From Octopus vulgaris (taxonomy: Eukaryota): a DNA stretch of 64,000 bases. A model generated the notes under the pieces. That model ran no database searches, had not been told where the DNA came from, and saw nothing but the letters and a program-made list of their open reading frames with translations. The stretch covers positions 108,996,001 to 109,060,000 of the forward strand of contig OX597814.1 in the NCBI GenBank assembly GCA_951406725.2. The letters run 5' to 3'. Position 1 is the first letter of the stretch. Each line of letters starts with the position of its first letter. The position numbers were made by a program, and so were the translations under genes. Positions 1 to 13,119 of the stretch are shown here, in pieces.

Positions 1-249
1 AATGGGAACAAGGAACCACCTTTCAAGCAGAATACAGCAAACACTTCACTTGTCTCTGACATTTAAAATATCAGGCATATGTCTGATACAGCTTTATTTT
101 CAACATACCAACAATAAAAGACCATATCAGCTTGTATGAAGTGTATATATATATATATATATATGTATGTATATATATGTAACTAAATTTGGATTGTTGG
201 CAATTTTTTTAATCCATCTTCCTTTTCTTTCAGACTTTCCTCTGACTCC

Positions 250-286
250 TGTTTCTGAAGAAGAGCTTTGCTCGAAATGTAAAACA
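250..286 (+). ncRNA. Minimal (Penelope-type) hammerhead ribozyme motif
   Basis: TGTTT-CTGAAGA-A-GAGC(TTT)GCTC-GAAA-T-GTA-AAACA. Stem I 5 bp, stem II 4 bp. Stem III is degenerate (GAAAC to GAAAT). Confidence 0.55.
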
Positions 287-912
287 CCCTTTCTTTCTTC
301 CCTGAGCGTCTTATTAATACTTTGCAGGTACAATGTCCTTGCGTTGTTGTTTTTTTGTCTTGTCTTTTTCTCCATTTTTTTTAGTTAACTATATGTATAT
401 ACACACACACACACAGGTATATATTTATATAATCAACCTACAGTTTTCCATGCTTGCATGGGCTGGACAGAGGTTATTGAAGCAAATTTCCTACAGTTGG
501 ATGCTCATCCTGTTGCCAACCCCAAGTAAGGGATATTTCCCCCATGACCAGGAATATTTCTCATCAAAGACTGGAAATGAACAACATCCCTTACATGATG
601 GCAATGCTAGTTTACAATCATCATGTGATGTCTAGACAAGGATATATACACACACACACACATGATGGGTTTCTTTTCGTTTCTGCCTACCAAGTTGACT
701 AGCAATGTTTTTGTCAGTCCAGAGCTCTAGTAGAAGACAGTTGTCTAAGGTACTGCACAGTGGGACTGAATGGTTGGAAAGCAAGCTTCTGAACCACAAA
801 GCTACGTTGGCATCGATACCGAATGCAGTACCCCTGTGCCTATTAGTGAAAAAAAATGATGTCTATCCTCAATGGCTCTTTCTGAATGAAATGAAAATCT
901 TATGGTACAAAC

Positions 913-1140
913 CTTGCAGGGAAGAGAAGCCTCATTTGTAATCACAATTTTTAATGTTTCAGAATTTCCAACAAAGTTCTGTTTGAACAGGACCACGGGT
1001 TGTCCATTCTGGTTCCGGTTGCTCGGTTGGCTGACAACAACTCTGGGCAGGACACCTTCACCGGATATTTCAAATATAAGTGATTCGGGTTTGATGCTCA
1101 TAGGGGATTCTATGGAAACCTCAAAAGTGGTCGTATACAT
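913..1140 (-). CDS. HYDIN: HYDIN exon (last found in window): MYTTTFEVSIESPMSIKPESLIFEISGEGVLPRVVVSQPSNRNQNGQPVVLFK...NEASLPCK
   Basis: Acceptor ttgcAG 1141-1142, donor GTTTGT 911-912. 228 nt, phase 0 to 0. LxFEIxGEGxLPR is HYDIN-like. Confidence 0.9.
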
Positions 1141-1205
1141 CTGCAAAATTATGGCAAAAGAATGAAATCAAATCAAAAAAGGTTTCCAAAATAGATACTT
1201 AAATC

Positions 1206-1612
1206 TTTTATCGTTTGCTTCTTTCAGTCATTAGACTGTGGCCATGCTGGGGCACTGCCTTGAAAAATATTTAGTCAAATGAATTGACTCCAGTACTTCC
1301 TTTTTTTCCAAGCCTGGTACTTATTCTATCGGCCTCTTTTTGCCCAACTGCTAAGTTATGGGAACATAAACACACCAACACCGGTTGTCAAGCAGTGGAG
1401 GACAAACAAAGACTCAACCCCCCCCTACACACACACACAACACAAAACATTTATACAAGACAGGCTTCTTTCAGTCTCTGCCTACCAAACCCACTCACAA
1501 GGTTTTGGATGACCCAAGGTTATAGTAGAAGACACTTATCCAAGGTGCCAAGCAGTGGAACTGAACTCAGAACCATGTGGTTGAGAAGCAAGCTTCTTAC
1601 CATACAACCAGG
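1206..1612 (-). mobile_element. tRNA-derived SINE (family ending GGCRGTGCYCCAGCATGGCCACAGTC-loop-GACTGAAA)
   Basis: Homologous to the copies at 40320-40700, 46525-46960 and 56335-56745. Has a B-box-like GGTTCTGAGTTCAGTTCC head. Confidence 0.75.
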
Positions 1613-1884
1613 TTAATCATTTGTCAAAAAATTAATTAAAATGTGTATTACACTATAAAATCATATTGATACAGGAGCAGTCTGAGCCATCAGTCAATCG
1701 GGCACTGTCTTAGAGCCAGAGCTCTGTGGGCCTGCACTCAACATGTTAACTCTACTGATATGACTGCTAAGGGGTCTGGAGAACAGTTTTGCCTGAGGGC
1801 CCTTAATACTCTCAGTTTGCCCCTGTATTGATATAATCTTAAGTTTCCCAACCTACACTGGCTACAGGGGATTCCCTGTCCAAT

Positions 1885-2560
1885 TGGTATGGAAAAGGCT
1901 TACAGCGATTGGAATAAGAGAAAAAGAGCTAAAGGTGGCTGAGCACAGGATGGGAGAGGTAGCAGAAAGAGCCTCATGCAGGTTATGGAGCTGCATGCAT
2001 CTCAATCATGGGACATGCATGTGGACCTAGGGGAGAGATTGCAAACACCCCAGGTCGTCCATACAACCCTGAGGCCAGATATGGTCCTGTGGTCTGAAAA
2101 GTCCAAGAAAATTATTATAATTGAACTAAGAGTCCCATGGGAAGAGGGACATGATGAGGCCCATGAATGGAAGCGTGCCAAATATGAGAGCTTTCTGCAG
2201 GATTGCAGGGAAAAGAGATGGCAGATATGGCCTTTCGTCAGTTGAGGCTGGCTGTAGGGGATTCTCTGCACAGTTGGAATGGAAGATGCTTACAGGTACT
2301 GAAATGAGAGATAAGGAGCGAAGGATGGCTGTGCACAGGATGGGAGAGGCAACAGAAAGAGCCCCTTACTGGTTATGGAGCAAGAGAGAGGAGTTGAGCT
2401 GGAATCCAGGAGGAGATGAGGAGCAGTGACCCGGCCACCTCTGTTGACCCACCAACAGGAGGTGGATGTTATGGTTCAGCGTCAAAGCACCTGATGATCA
2501 TCGGGGCACATCTGATGACATTTGTTTCTCCTGGCCAAAGCTCCATTCACTTTGGTCAGT
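1885..2560 (+). mobile_element. 3' fragment of an RLE-type non-LTR retrotransposon (HERO/NeSL-like), frameshifted
   Basis: LRPDMVLWS...IELRVPWEE...EAGCRGF restriction-like endonuclease motifs, split over ORFs 1976-2245 and 2151-2429. Confidence 0.75.
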
Positions 2561-2619
2561 GGAAAAGAAACACTTTCTTCTTGGTGTTATCAATAACATA
2601 ACAGCCGATTATATAAATA

Positions 2620-3008
2620 CTAGCAGTATCGCCCGGCGTTGCTTGGGTTTGTTTTGACCCTTTAGAATTGGAATTTTTGAAAAGGAAAAATTTTGCATTA
2701 TGTAGCTTGTTAATCTCTTTAAGTGAACATTTTTCTGGTTGAAATACACCGAAAAATGGTGACACAGCAGTAAAAAAATCGTAAAAATAAGGATTTTCAT
2801 AGAAAAAAAGCATTATTTTTTATGTAAATAATTTTTGGCGTTAACATGGTCCGATTTGAAATTTTTCTTCTATGGAAGGAAGAGCAAGCCTTCTATCATA
2901 CTCTCAATTTTGGTCAACTTGCGCTGCAGGGTCTCGGAGGAGATAGTGTTAGTTGAAGGCTACCAAACCTGCCATACAAAGACAACTTCAGCTTTATATA
3001 GAGAGAGA
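2620..3008 (-). mobile_element. Non-autonomous Helitron
   Basis: On the minus strand: 5' TC(TCTCTATATAAAG) at 3008, subterminal hairpin CCCAAGCAACGCCGGG, CTAG 3' end at 2620-2623, A/T target. Confidence 0.7.
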
Positions 3009-3282
3009 TTGGGTGGTTGGTTAGTTGATTTCTCCAATCATGCCTTACATCGTACAGAGAGGGGGAGAGAAAGTGAGAGAGAGAGAGAGGAGGAGGAGGA
3101 GGAATTAACATAAGAGGTGCAGGGTGAGTGCACATACTAGGCTTGATGAAATGCAATGAGTAAAAAGAGCTCTACACACACTTGTAGAAGACAGTTTCCC
3201 AAGGTGCCATGCAATGGAAGTGAACCAGGGACCAAGTGGTTGGGAAGCAAGCTGGTCAACCACACAGCAATGCGTGCACCTA

Positions 3283-5209
3283 TCTCTTATGATAAAAGGC
3301 AGATTTTCTCTCCCTGTTCCCATGTTTCTTTTTAATACAATTCTACAATACAGAATTTCTTCAATTGGAATTTACCTATGATTTTTCCAAGTAGATTTGA
3401 TTGGGTCATGGCATGTAAAGTTTTTTCAATTTCACCCCCAATTAAGCAAAAATTCGAGAAAACTCAATATTTTACGATTTGCCTCTTTCATTTCAAGTGC
3501 CTCACCCCTTCCATTACCACCACAATTCTCCTACTTTCTCTTTGCAAGTGTGCAACAATCAAAGTGAAAGTATTTATATAACAGGGATGAGCCGTTAATA
3601 CTGGTCATCCTTTTTGCTAGAGGAAGATCCGCTATGGTCTTATATGCTACACCACTGGTTTTCAATTCATATTAATCAAATTAATATTCAATTTTTCACC
3701 CTTATTATGTGTGTGTGTGTGTGTGTATTAGCAATTCGTATAAAATTGCATCAATGACTTGAACAAGTCGTTTCACATAAATGGGGATAAATTAAAAAGG
3801 TTTGTTGTTATTATTATTACTGTTTTACTATTGTAATCACGTGGCATGTAAAGTTTTTTCAATTTGACCCCCAATTAAGCAAAAATTCGAGAAAACTCAA
3901 TATTTTATGATTTGCCTCTTTCATTTCAAGTGCTTCACTCCTTCCATTACCACCACAGTTTCTCCTACTTTCTCTTTGCAAGTGTGCAACAATTAAAGTG
4001 AAAGTATTTATATAACAGGGATGAGCCATTAATACTGGTCATCCTTTTTGCTAGAGGAAGATCCACTATGGTCTTATATGCTACACCACTGGTTTTCAAT
4101 TCATATTAATCAAATTAATATTCAATTTTTCACCTTTATTATGTGTGTGTATTAGCAATTCGTATAAAATTGCATCAATGACTTGAACTTGAATAAGTGG
4201 TTTCACATAAATTAAAAAGGTTTGTTGTTATTATTATTACTGTTTGACTATTGTAATCACGTTTGTTGGTTCCTCGTCAGGGAAACGTTGTTGTGTCGCA
4301 TTTGTTAAATAATTGTAAACCGTAACCCTCCCCCTTTCGGAGAAGGGGCTTTGGTTATTGTTTAAAAATTGAATTGTGTCCCTGTTTGGGGAAATTGACA
4401 ATATTTTCACCATCTTTACGGAAGCATTTTTGTTTAAATGCCTTTGATAGAAGAAAGTCCAAAAATGAATTTCGCTGCAGCCGTCCAAAAATGAATTTTA
4501 CTGCAGCCGTACACTTCTATACAAGAGGGAGGACAAGATCCAATTGATTGAAATTGCAAGAGACGGGCCTACAATTCCAGTCTGTTATATATTTTGAGTA
4601 TTGTTATCACTAGCGATATCAAGATATAACTTTGTATTTTGTATTTTATGTGTAGATGTATATATATATAGATGTACATGTAATATGTACACATATATAT
4701 ACACATATATACATGCATAATATATCTACCCATACACACATATGCACACACACACATACATACATAGGGGCAGGTGTGGCTGTGTGGTAACAAACTACGT
4801 TCCAAACACATGGTCCTGGGTTCAGTCCCACTGTGTGGTGACTTGACATGTGTCTTCTGCTGTACCTTCAGACCAACAAAAGCCTTCTCAGTGGATTTTG
4901 TACATATATACAGGCATACATATATATATATACATTTAACAAATCTCAGGGTCAAACCCTCTCTGTAGCTGGTCTTCTCTTGGAAGAGCCCTGCTTCCCG
5001 CATAGGCAACTGTATGTTGCCTGCTCAAGAGTAGGAACCAAAAGAAACCTTTTTTTATATGCTCCACAAGGAAAAACAAGGAACATTGTTTACAACGAGG
5101 TGTTATAATCTCAACAGCCAGGAGGTATATACATGATCCCCTTTTTTTTTAACAAACTTCATGTACTTTCATGTATTTATACCCGGCGTTGCCCGGTTAC
5201 ATTCAATAG
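3283..5209 (+). mobile_element. Internally deleted Helitron with PIF1 C-terminal remnant and nested SINE
   Basis: 5' TCTCTTATGATAAAAGGCAGATTTTCTC is shared with the element at 5281. Peptide NKSQGQTLSVAG...QLYVACSRVG...NIVYNEVL at about 4938-5108. 3' hairpin CCCGGCGTTGCCCGG at about 5182-5196, with a degenerate terminus. tRNA-SINE head at about 4768-4900. Confidence 0.7.
3409..4261. repeat. Direct tandem duplication, about 433-bp period, 2 copies
   Basis: TGGCATGTAAAGTTTTTTC...TTGTAATCACG at 3409-3841 and 3842-4261, near-identical. Confidence 0.9.
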
Positions 5210-5280
5210 AAGAATTAGACTTTTCTGTTATATATATATATATATGGATACACACACACACACACACACAAATATATGTA

Positions 5281-8200
5281 TCTCTTATGATAAAAGGCAG
5301 ATTTTCTCTGCCTGTTACCATGTTCCTTTTTAATACAAATCAGTCCTCTTTCTACCACTCTTATTCAACATCACACATTCTGCTACTTTCTCTTATTAAT
5401 GCTTAAACCACTCCTCAAAAAAAAAAAAAAAAAAAAAATCCAGACAGGAAACAGAACAAAAAACACTCAAACATACACACACACACACACACACACACGT
5501 GTGTGTTTGTTACAGTTGTCAATTGTTGAAAGAAACAAATTGTAAGCTAAGAAGGTCTGTGTGTGTGCACGCATGTGTGTGTGTGTGCATGTGCGTGTGT
5601 GTGCGCATGTGTGTGTGTGTGTGTAGGAAGTGAAGGATAAAAATATGGACCTTTTACAGACAACATAACACTATCAACCTCATACCACCACAACATTTTT
5701 CTTTATCCTGTCAAAAACTGATTCATTCTATCCCTTTCACCTACAACCTCAGCTACGTCAGCCGAAAGTAAAATCAACAGAGGATCACCTTTATACCTAC
5801 AAACGTATGTCTATTTTTATAGCTGCAACACATTATATATACCGTACTTAACACACACCATGACACACCACAAATGTACCCTGAACGAAAAGGACTATTC
5901 ATTATAATACATCAGTTCCACACATTTACCCTGGTTCCATTTCGGACAACTACACAAACATTTGCCATTTGACACATGTATGTAAACAAATTCCTTTCTT
6001 AAAAATTTCAATTCATTTTCTTTTTCAATTTACGTTTCTATACACTTTACACAAATATTTGATTAAACAACTAAAACACTTCACATTTTGAACATGTACG
6101 TAAACTACTTCCACTCTTACAAATCTAACTTTATTTTCTTGCTTTTAACTCGACTTTCAATACACTTTACACACTCTGTCGCTATACTTGCATAAAAAAT
6201 TTCTTTCAGCTGCAAATATTTCTTTCTTTTCCTTCCACGGTTAACATTTTTCCACATTTCATTCACATTACAATTTTTATCTTTAAGTAACTTTCACCCT
6301 TTCTTTTTCACATAAAATGCCACCGAAAAAGAGAAGTCGCCTCGGCCGCCATACTGCAGCAGCAGCGGTGCAAAAGGCAATTATCGCAAACGAGTCTTCC
6401 GACAAAAAGGCTTTCAGACTTTCACAGAGCGCCTTACGTTCAGCGCAATCGCAAGCTGCTGAAAATTTACAACAGCGCAACGCACGCCTAGCAAAAATGG
6501 CTTCATACGATGCTGCTTTCAGGGCTTCAGAAGGTCCGGAAACAAGGTCGAAGCACATGGCCTAAAGGCTGCTGCTGTTGCTGCACAAAGGGCTTCAGAG
6601 AAACAACAAAGGGCCACTTGATTGGCTACAAACACTGCAGCTACTGCTGCTTCAACATTTTCGGCTACTGAAAATTTACAACAGTGCAACGCACACCTAG
6701 CAAAAATGACTTCATACAATGCTGCTTCCAGGGCTTCAGAGGGTCCGGAAACAAGGTCGAAGCGCATGGCCATAAAGGCTTCTGCTGTTGCTGCACAAAC
6801 GGCTTCACAGAACCCACAACAAAGGGCCACTCGACTGGCTACAAACGCTGCGGCTACTGCTGCTTCAACATTTTCGACACTTTCCCACAACTCAGACCAG
6901 CAATGTTCTACATTCCAGTGGAACAGTCGACGCCGCAAGGCTACCTACGGTCTGACGAGTCCAAACAGCCCTTACTGGTATCTACGGGCTTTCAAGTATG
7001 AGCCCAACTTCAATTACTCGATGCACGCTGACATAAATATAGGGGAAATGTGCTTCAATTGCCAATTCTGCAATGCTAAAAAGTGGGCTGGGGAACCACC
7101 TGCAATGTGCTGCTTAAACGGTAAGGTCAGATTGCCCCCTCTTTGGGAGCTGCCAGACCCTTTGAAGGAATTACTTACTGGTTCCACCTCAAGGTCATCA
7201 AAATTCCTTCAACTCATCAGGAAGTACAATTGTGCATTTCAGATGACTTCTTTCGGGGCTAACGTTGTCAGAGAAACTGGTTGGATGCCTACTTTCAAGG
7301 TCCAGGGCCAGGTGTATCACCTTATTGGGTCACTCCAGCCACTACAAAATTGCAAACCTTCGTTCCTTCAAATTTATTTCATTTCAAATTACAATAGGCA
7401 ACTTGATGTGCGTTTCGGCGTAATTCCACAACCTGCAAACACTGACGCTGACAATTTCGACAGGGACGTGCTGCTCAGTCTGCAAAACATGCTTCATGAC
7501 CACAACAGCTACATTCGCAGTTTCAAATACGCCTTGGAAACAGCCCTTTCACCAACATTCACCATTGTCATCAATGCTAACAAAAGGCCTTCTGGGGAGC
7601 ACGAACGCCGATATAACACTCCTTCATGCAATGAAGTGGCCGTAGTTCTCCATGGTGAACAGCACAATCAGCGAGACATAGTTCTTCAAAGCCGCGACAG
7701 TGGTCTTCAGCGTATTAATGAGACGCATCGGTCATATGACGCCCTGCAGTATCCCCTTCTTTTTCCATATGGAGAAGACGGGTACCATTTCGGCATTCCT
7801 CACCACAAACCAAACGAGCCCACTGCTGCGACATCTAAAACTGTTTCATGTATGGCTTTTTACTCATACCGCTTCATGACAAGGCATAATGATTTCAACC
7901 CCCTGCACAGATCACGGGAACTGTTTCACCAGTTTGCAGTTGACATGGCTGCAAAGATGGAGTCCGAGAGACTGTGCTTCATCAAATTGAATCAGAAGCA
8001 GCCGCACTCAGACTCCTACATCCATTTGCGTGATGGCATCAGGAATGACACTGACGCCCGCAATATCGGCAAAATGTGCATTCTCCCCTCAACCTATACA
8101 GGGGGCCCACGGTACATGCACGAGCGAACACAAGATGCTATGACTTACGTTCGGCATTATGGGCGACCCGATTTATTCATTACCTTTACATGTAACCCAA

Positions 8201-11200
8201 AGTGGGTTGAGGTAACGCGAGAACTTCTCCCAGGATAGCAGTACTGTCATCGCCATGATATTATTGCAAGGGTTTTCAGGCAGAAACTGGCTAAGCTCAT
8301 TCATTTAATAAAAAAAGGGCAGGTTTTTGGGTCTGTTAACTGCCACATGTATACTGTTGAGTGGCAGAAAAGAGGGTTGCCACACGCGCACATTTTGCTT
8401 TGGTTGGTCAACAAAATAGACCCAACAGTTCTTAATGATCTCATTGCAGCAGAAATTCCGGACCCAACTGTTGACCGGCAGCTGTACGACATTGTGAAGG
8501 CACACATGGTACACGTCCGTGCGGTCCTGGTTTTCAAAAGTTCTCCTCATGCCTCAAAGACTAAATGGTACCCAAAGAGGTTCGTGGATGAGACCCAGAC
8601 CGGCCGCAACGGATACCCACTGTACAGAAGAAGGCACCCTGACAATGGTGGATTCACTATGATGTTACGGAGTCATCAAGTGGATAATAGGTGGGTAGTG
8701 TCGTACTGTCCATTTCTGATGAAAACTTTTAACGCTCACATAAATGTGGAGTTCTGTCATTCAGTTAAGTCTATAAAGTATATATGTAAATATGTTAACA
8801 AGGGTTCTGACACTGCCATGTTTGGCCTTCAAAAGGACAATAGCATGGACAAGGTGTCATAGTACTTGGCAGGTCGGTACATAAGCAGTGGTGAAGCTTT
8901 TTGGTGGATATTCGGGTTTCCACTTTACCAAAGGCACCCCACCATCATACAACTAGTGGTTCATTTGGAAAATGGCCAGCGAACTTACTTTACTGAACAG
9001 ACTGCAGCTGAATTGGCGGCAAATCCAAAACAAACAACTTTGACCGGTTTCTTTAGGCTTTGCCAACTTGACACATTTGCTAAAACACTTTTATACCCTC
9101 AGGTCCCGTCCTACTACGTGTGATCAAACAACAATTGGGTGTGTAGGAAGTCGGGTCAGGATGTTGAAGGACATCCTGGTGTCAAGTTTAACAGTTGTCT
9201 AGGAAGAGTCTACACTGTACCTCCAAACCAACATGAGTGTTTTCACCTGCACCTTCTCCTCCATTAGGTTTTAGGCCCACAAAGTTTTCAAGACATCAGA
9301 ACTGTTGATGGTGTATTATGTGATACTTTCCGCGAAGCCTGTTTTTGGCGTCGACTTTTGGAGGATGATTCACAATGGGGCGCCACTATGGCGGAGGGTG
9401 TTTCGTTAAAATCTCCTAAAAAAATCAGATCGCTTTTCGCTATTCTACTACTATGGTGTGACTTGGCTAATCCCGCCTCTTTATGGCTTACCTACAAAGA
9501 TTATATGTCTGAAGATTTCCTGCGTCACGCTCAATCGCTACATCCATCAATGGAGGTCGGGTACACTTACCTCATTTACAACAGGGCGCTGCTTGAAATC
9601 GAAGATACTGTACTTGATATGGGCGGTAGTGCCTTGCCGGTCTATGGCCTACCTTCAACAAACCGGGAAGGCACAAACACTCTGTCTTCACAATTGCTGC
9701 GTGAGACATGTTTTAATGTTGATGAGCTTACCGAGTACATAGCCAACAATGAGCCAAAGATCTTTCGAGAACAGAAGTTCACTTACAACTCCATTGTTAA
9801 TTCAGTCCGGGCCAAAGCTGGGGGGATTTTTTTCCTGGACACTCATGGGGGCACTGGGAAAACTTTTGTCAACAAATTAATATTGGCTGAGATTAGGCGA
9901 ACACAAGGCATTGCCCTAGCTGTGGCATCATCTGGAATTGCGGCTACTTTGTTGCCAGGCGGCAGGACAGCTCACTCCACTTTCAAGCTCCCGCTTAACT
10001 TAGCGAAGACTGAGACACCAACTTCCAACATCAATAACAGCTCCGATCAGGCAGAAGTCTTCAGACGATGCAAGCTTATCGTTTGGGATGAATGCACGAT
10101 GGCCCACAGAGGTGCTCTTGAGGCACTAGATAGATCTCTCAGAGACATCAAACACTCTTCAGCTCCCATGGGAGGCATAACACTTCTTCTTTCAGGGGAC
10201 TTCTGACAAACACTTCCTGTTATTCCCAAAGGGACTAGAGCTGATGCAGTAAGTGTGTGTCTTAAGTCATCCACATTGTGGCCACTGGTGAAGACTCTCA
10301 AACTTCACACCAATATGCGTGCTCATATGCGACGTGATATCACATCAGCAGCATTTTCTCACACCCTCCTTGCACTTGGCGAAGGCAAAATACCAAGGGA
10401 TGAAAATGGTAATATTACCATCGATTCCATTTGTACCATTGTTAAAACACCTTCTGATCTCAGAGATGCAGTGTTCCCAGATCTACAAGCTAATTATCAG
10501 AATATGGATTGGATTGGCCAAAGGGCTATTCTGGCCCCGAGGAATAAAACTGTTCACCATATTAATGATGAAATGCTAAAACTCATTCCTGGGGATGTCT
10601 ATGTATATAAGTCTATCGATACAACTCCTGACCCAGAGGACGTCATCAATTATCCAATAGAGGTACTCAATTCCTTTGAGCCCCCCGGACTACCACCACA
10701 CATTCTCAAACTTAAAGTTGGTGCCCCTATAATGTTCATTAGAAATTTGGTTCCCCCAAAACAATGCAATGGCACACGTTTGATTGTTAAGTCCTTATCT
10801 CCCAATCTGATTGAGGCCACCATTATCACAGGGTGCGGTCGAGGCAACGTTGTGCTCATACCTAGGATGCATCTTTTCCCATCAGGAGCAGACCTACCTT
10901 TCATATTTCGGAGGTCCCAGTTCCCAGTAAGGCCATGTTTCGCAATGTCAATTAACAAAGCGCAGGGTCAAACACTGTCTGTGGTGGGAATACATTTGGG
11001 AGAGCCATATTTCTCTCATGGTCAGCTTTATGTTGGCTACTTGCGTGTCAGCAGCAACAGTGATGCTTTCGCATTTGTTCCACAACGAAAAACAAAAAAC
11101 ATTGTGTACAAGGAGGTTTTATAGGATTACTACGTTTCATCATTTTCGGACTCTCTTTTATGATGGCATTTACATTTTTAGGCGTTTCATGACATTAATT

Positions 11201-11939
11201 CACACTTAACCAACACCTGTCCTTCGCTCACCTCTATTTCTATCCATTCATCATCAAACCACCAGCCTCATCTTCTATATCCAACGTACATGACACATCT
11301 ACCCCCTACATCTACACTCCCACTGTTAAAGTTTACATAAGCGACAACACGATTGCAACATACACTTTGGAAACTAAGCAACAGATCATTTTATACAACA
11401 ACAAATTTAATCATAACGCCCATCAATGAAAACATCTCCACCACTGTGTTGTGATTCATCTAATCAGTACCACTACAGTCTTGCCGGTCTGACATATGGT
11501 GAGTAGATGCTATTGTTCTATATTTTATAAATTACCCATATTTACTTACCCATGCTTCATTTCCCTCTTGCCTACATAAGGCATCCATTCTCTTTTAACA
11601 CAGCATGAAGTTTTGTAACAGCACATCCGCTGCCGTTTGTGGAAAACAAAGAGACCCTATTCACCTGCGAACGTTTTACACCACCTTCCACGACTATCAA
11701 ATTCTTACAATTATGAGAACAATAACATGGCTCTTTTCAAGGCAACCTCGCATTCAATTCTTATACCATTCTACGAGGGGGTAGGAACCCCTTTACACGG
11801 CTTTCTATACACTTACAAATACATTCATTTGCCGTTAACTTATATCAATTTTTGCCTGAATAATCATCATAATTCAGTGCAATCATTAACAGTACTTTCA
11901 AGCAATTCAGCCCCGAGCAACGCCGGGCAATTCTGCTAG
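5281..11939 (+). mobile_element. Full-length Helitron (rolling-circle transposon), now defective
   Basis: A|TC 5' end, subterminal hairpin CCCGAGCAACGCCGGG, CTAG|T 3' end at 11936-11939. Contains a Rep/Hel coding region. Confidence 0.9.
6317..11124 (+). pseudogene. Helitron RepHel (Zn finger + HUH Rep + PIF1-family helicase) with multiple stops and frameshifts
   Basis: Motifs: CxxC..CC Zn cluster, DLFITFTCNPKW, VEWQKRGLPHAH (HUH), KYICKYVNKG, GGTGKT (Walker A), DECTM, INKAQGQTL. Disruptions at about 6563, 6619, 8236, 8520, 8860, 9121, 9265 and 10204. Confidence 0.92.
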
Positions 11940-12044
11940 TTCCTTATAAAATACTTTTTTTAATAAATTAGAAGCATCTGTAATAAAATAGGAAATAGTG
12001 GAAGTCAATTGGCATTGAAACCTTAATTAATTAAATAAAAAGAA

Positions 12045-12592
12045 CTAGCACTATGCTGGGTCATAGTGCTAGTGCATGCATATACAGCTGCATGCGTGCG
12101 CACATACATGCGAGTACTGTCCAAATCTCTGACCAATCACATACAGCTAGCTGGCATTCAATTGACATATCAAGTTTCGGGCATTTTGATTGGGTTTTGG
12201 GTAGAAAATTCACAAAAAAGTCACTTCTATTGATTTTTTAATGGCTTTGCGGGGGACTGGGGAAATGTAAAGATGTGCACGACCACCCTTCTTAGCCGAA
12301 TTTCTACAATGTTTACAGCGATTCAATTTTATATCTTCATTTTTTATTTTTCATGCAATTTACGCATGCGTGCACGCGTGGTGAACACAGTTCACATCAA
12401 ACAGCTGACTGAGTAAAGTTCACTATTCAATGCATGGGATAAGGCCTAAACAAACACATTATCGATTTTTGCATTTGCAAGATGAATTTCGGAACAGAAT
12501 GACCATAGAATGTGCGAGCCCTCTAACTGAAAAATTGTGGATTTGTATAAAGGACACGCACACAGACATTTTGCCGTTTATATATAGAGAGA
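12045..12592 (-). mobile_element. Non-autonomous Helitron (chimeric copy)
   Basis: CTAG at 12045-12048, TC 5' end at 12592. Colinear with 53320-53695 except for an insert of about 210 bp. Confidence 0.7.
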
Positions 12593-12745
12593 TTACTTTT
12601 TATAAAACAAAAAACATTGAAAATTAAAATGTAGAGATTAAATGAGAATACAATAATTGGAATGGAGAAAGAAAAAGGAAGAAAAGAATGAGTTTTGTGC
12701 TTTAGTCAATTATAAATAATTTTTTCGAGTGAAAATTGGAATTAC

Positions 12746-12904
12746 CTGCATTGCCTGGGGTGAAAATGTGACTGTGACAAAGATATGACTATGGTTGAGG
12801 ATTTGGGCTTTTGACGGTTCCACATCAAAAACTTCTACTTGTTGATGCTTACCACTGCCACGACTCTGACTGCTTTTCACAACAATATTTGCATCACAAG
12901 GAAC
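12746..12904 (-). CDS. HYDIN: HYDIN exon: VPCDANIVVKSSQSRGSGKHQQVEVFDVEPSKAQILNHSHIFVTVTFSPQAMQ
   Basis: Acceptor ctctAG, donor GTAATT. 159 nt, phase 0 to 0. Confidence 0.9.
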
Positions 12905-13047
12905 CTAGAGGGTAGAACATCAAAACACTAGGTTAATAATTTAATTCCAACAAAGGGCTGCATTTATTGGAGGGTTTGCTGTTATCAAGGGAAACGAGAT
13001 CGATTCTCTAGGAAATAATTTTAACTATACTCTCTCTCACACTATAT

Positions 13048-13082
<35 letters not shown>

Positions 13083-13119
13083 TATAAATATATATATATC
13101 ATATAAATATATATATATA

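Noticed and set aside
127-375. Minus-strand ORF as the next HYDIN exon
   Set aside because: No HYDIN resemblance or convincing splice sites. The sequence is a Penelope-type remnant with a hammerhead motif on the plus strand.
6317-11124. Active Helitron or host PIF1 gene
   Set aside because: At least eight disabling lesions, no introns, and enclosed by Helitron termini.
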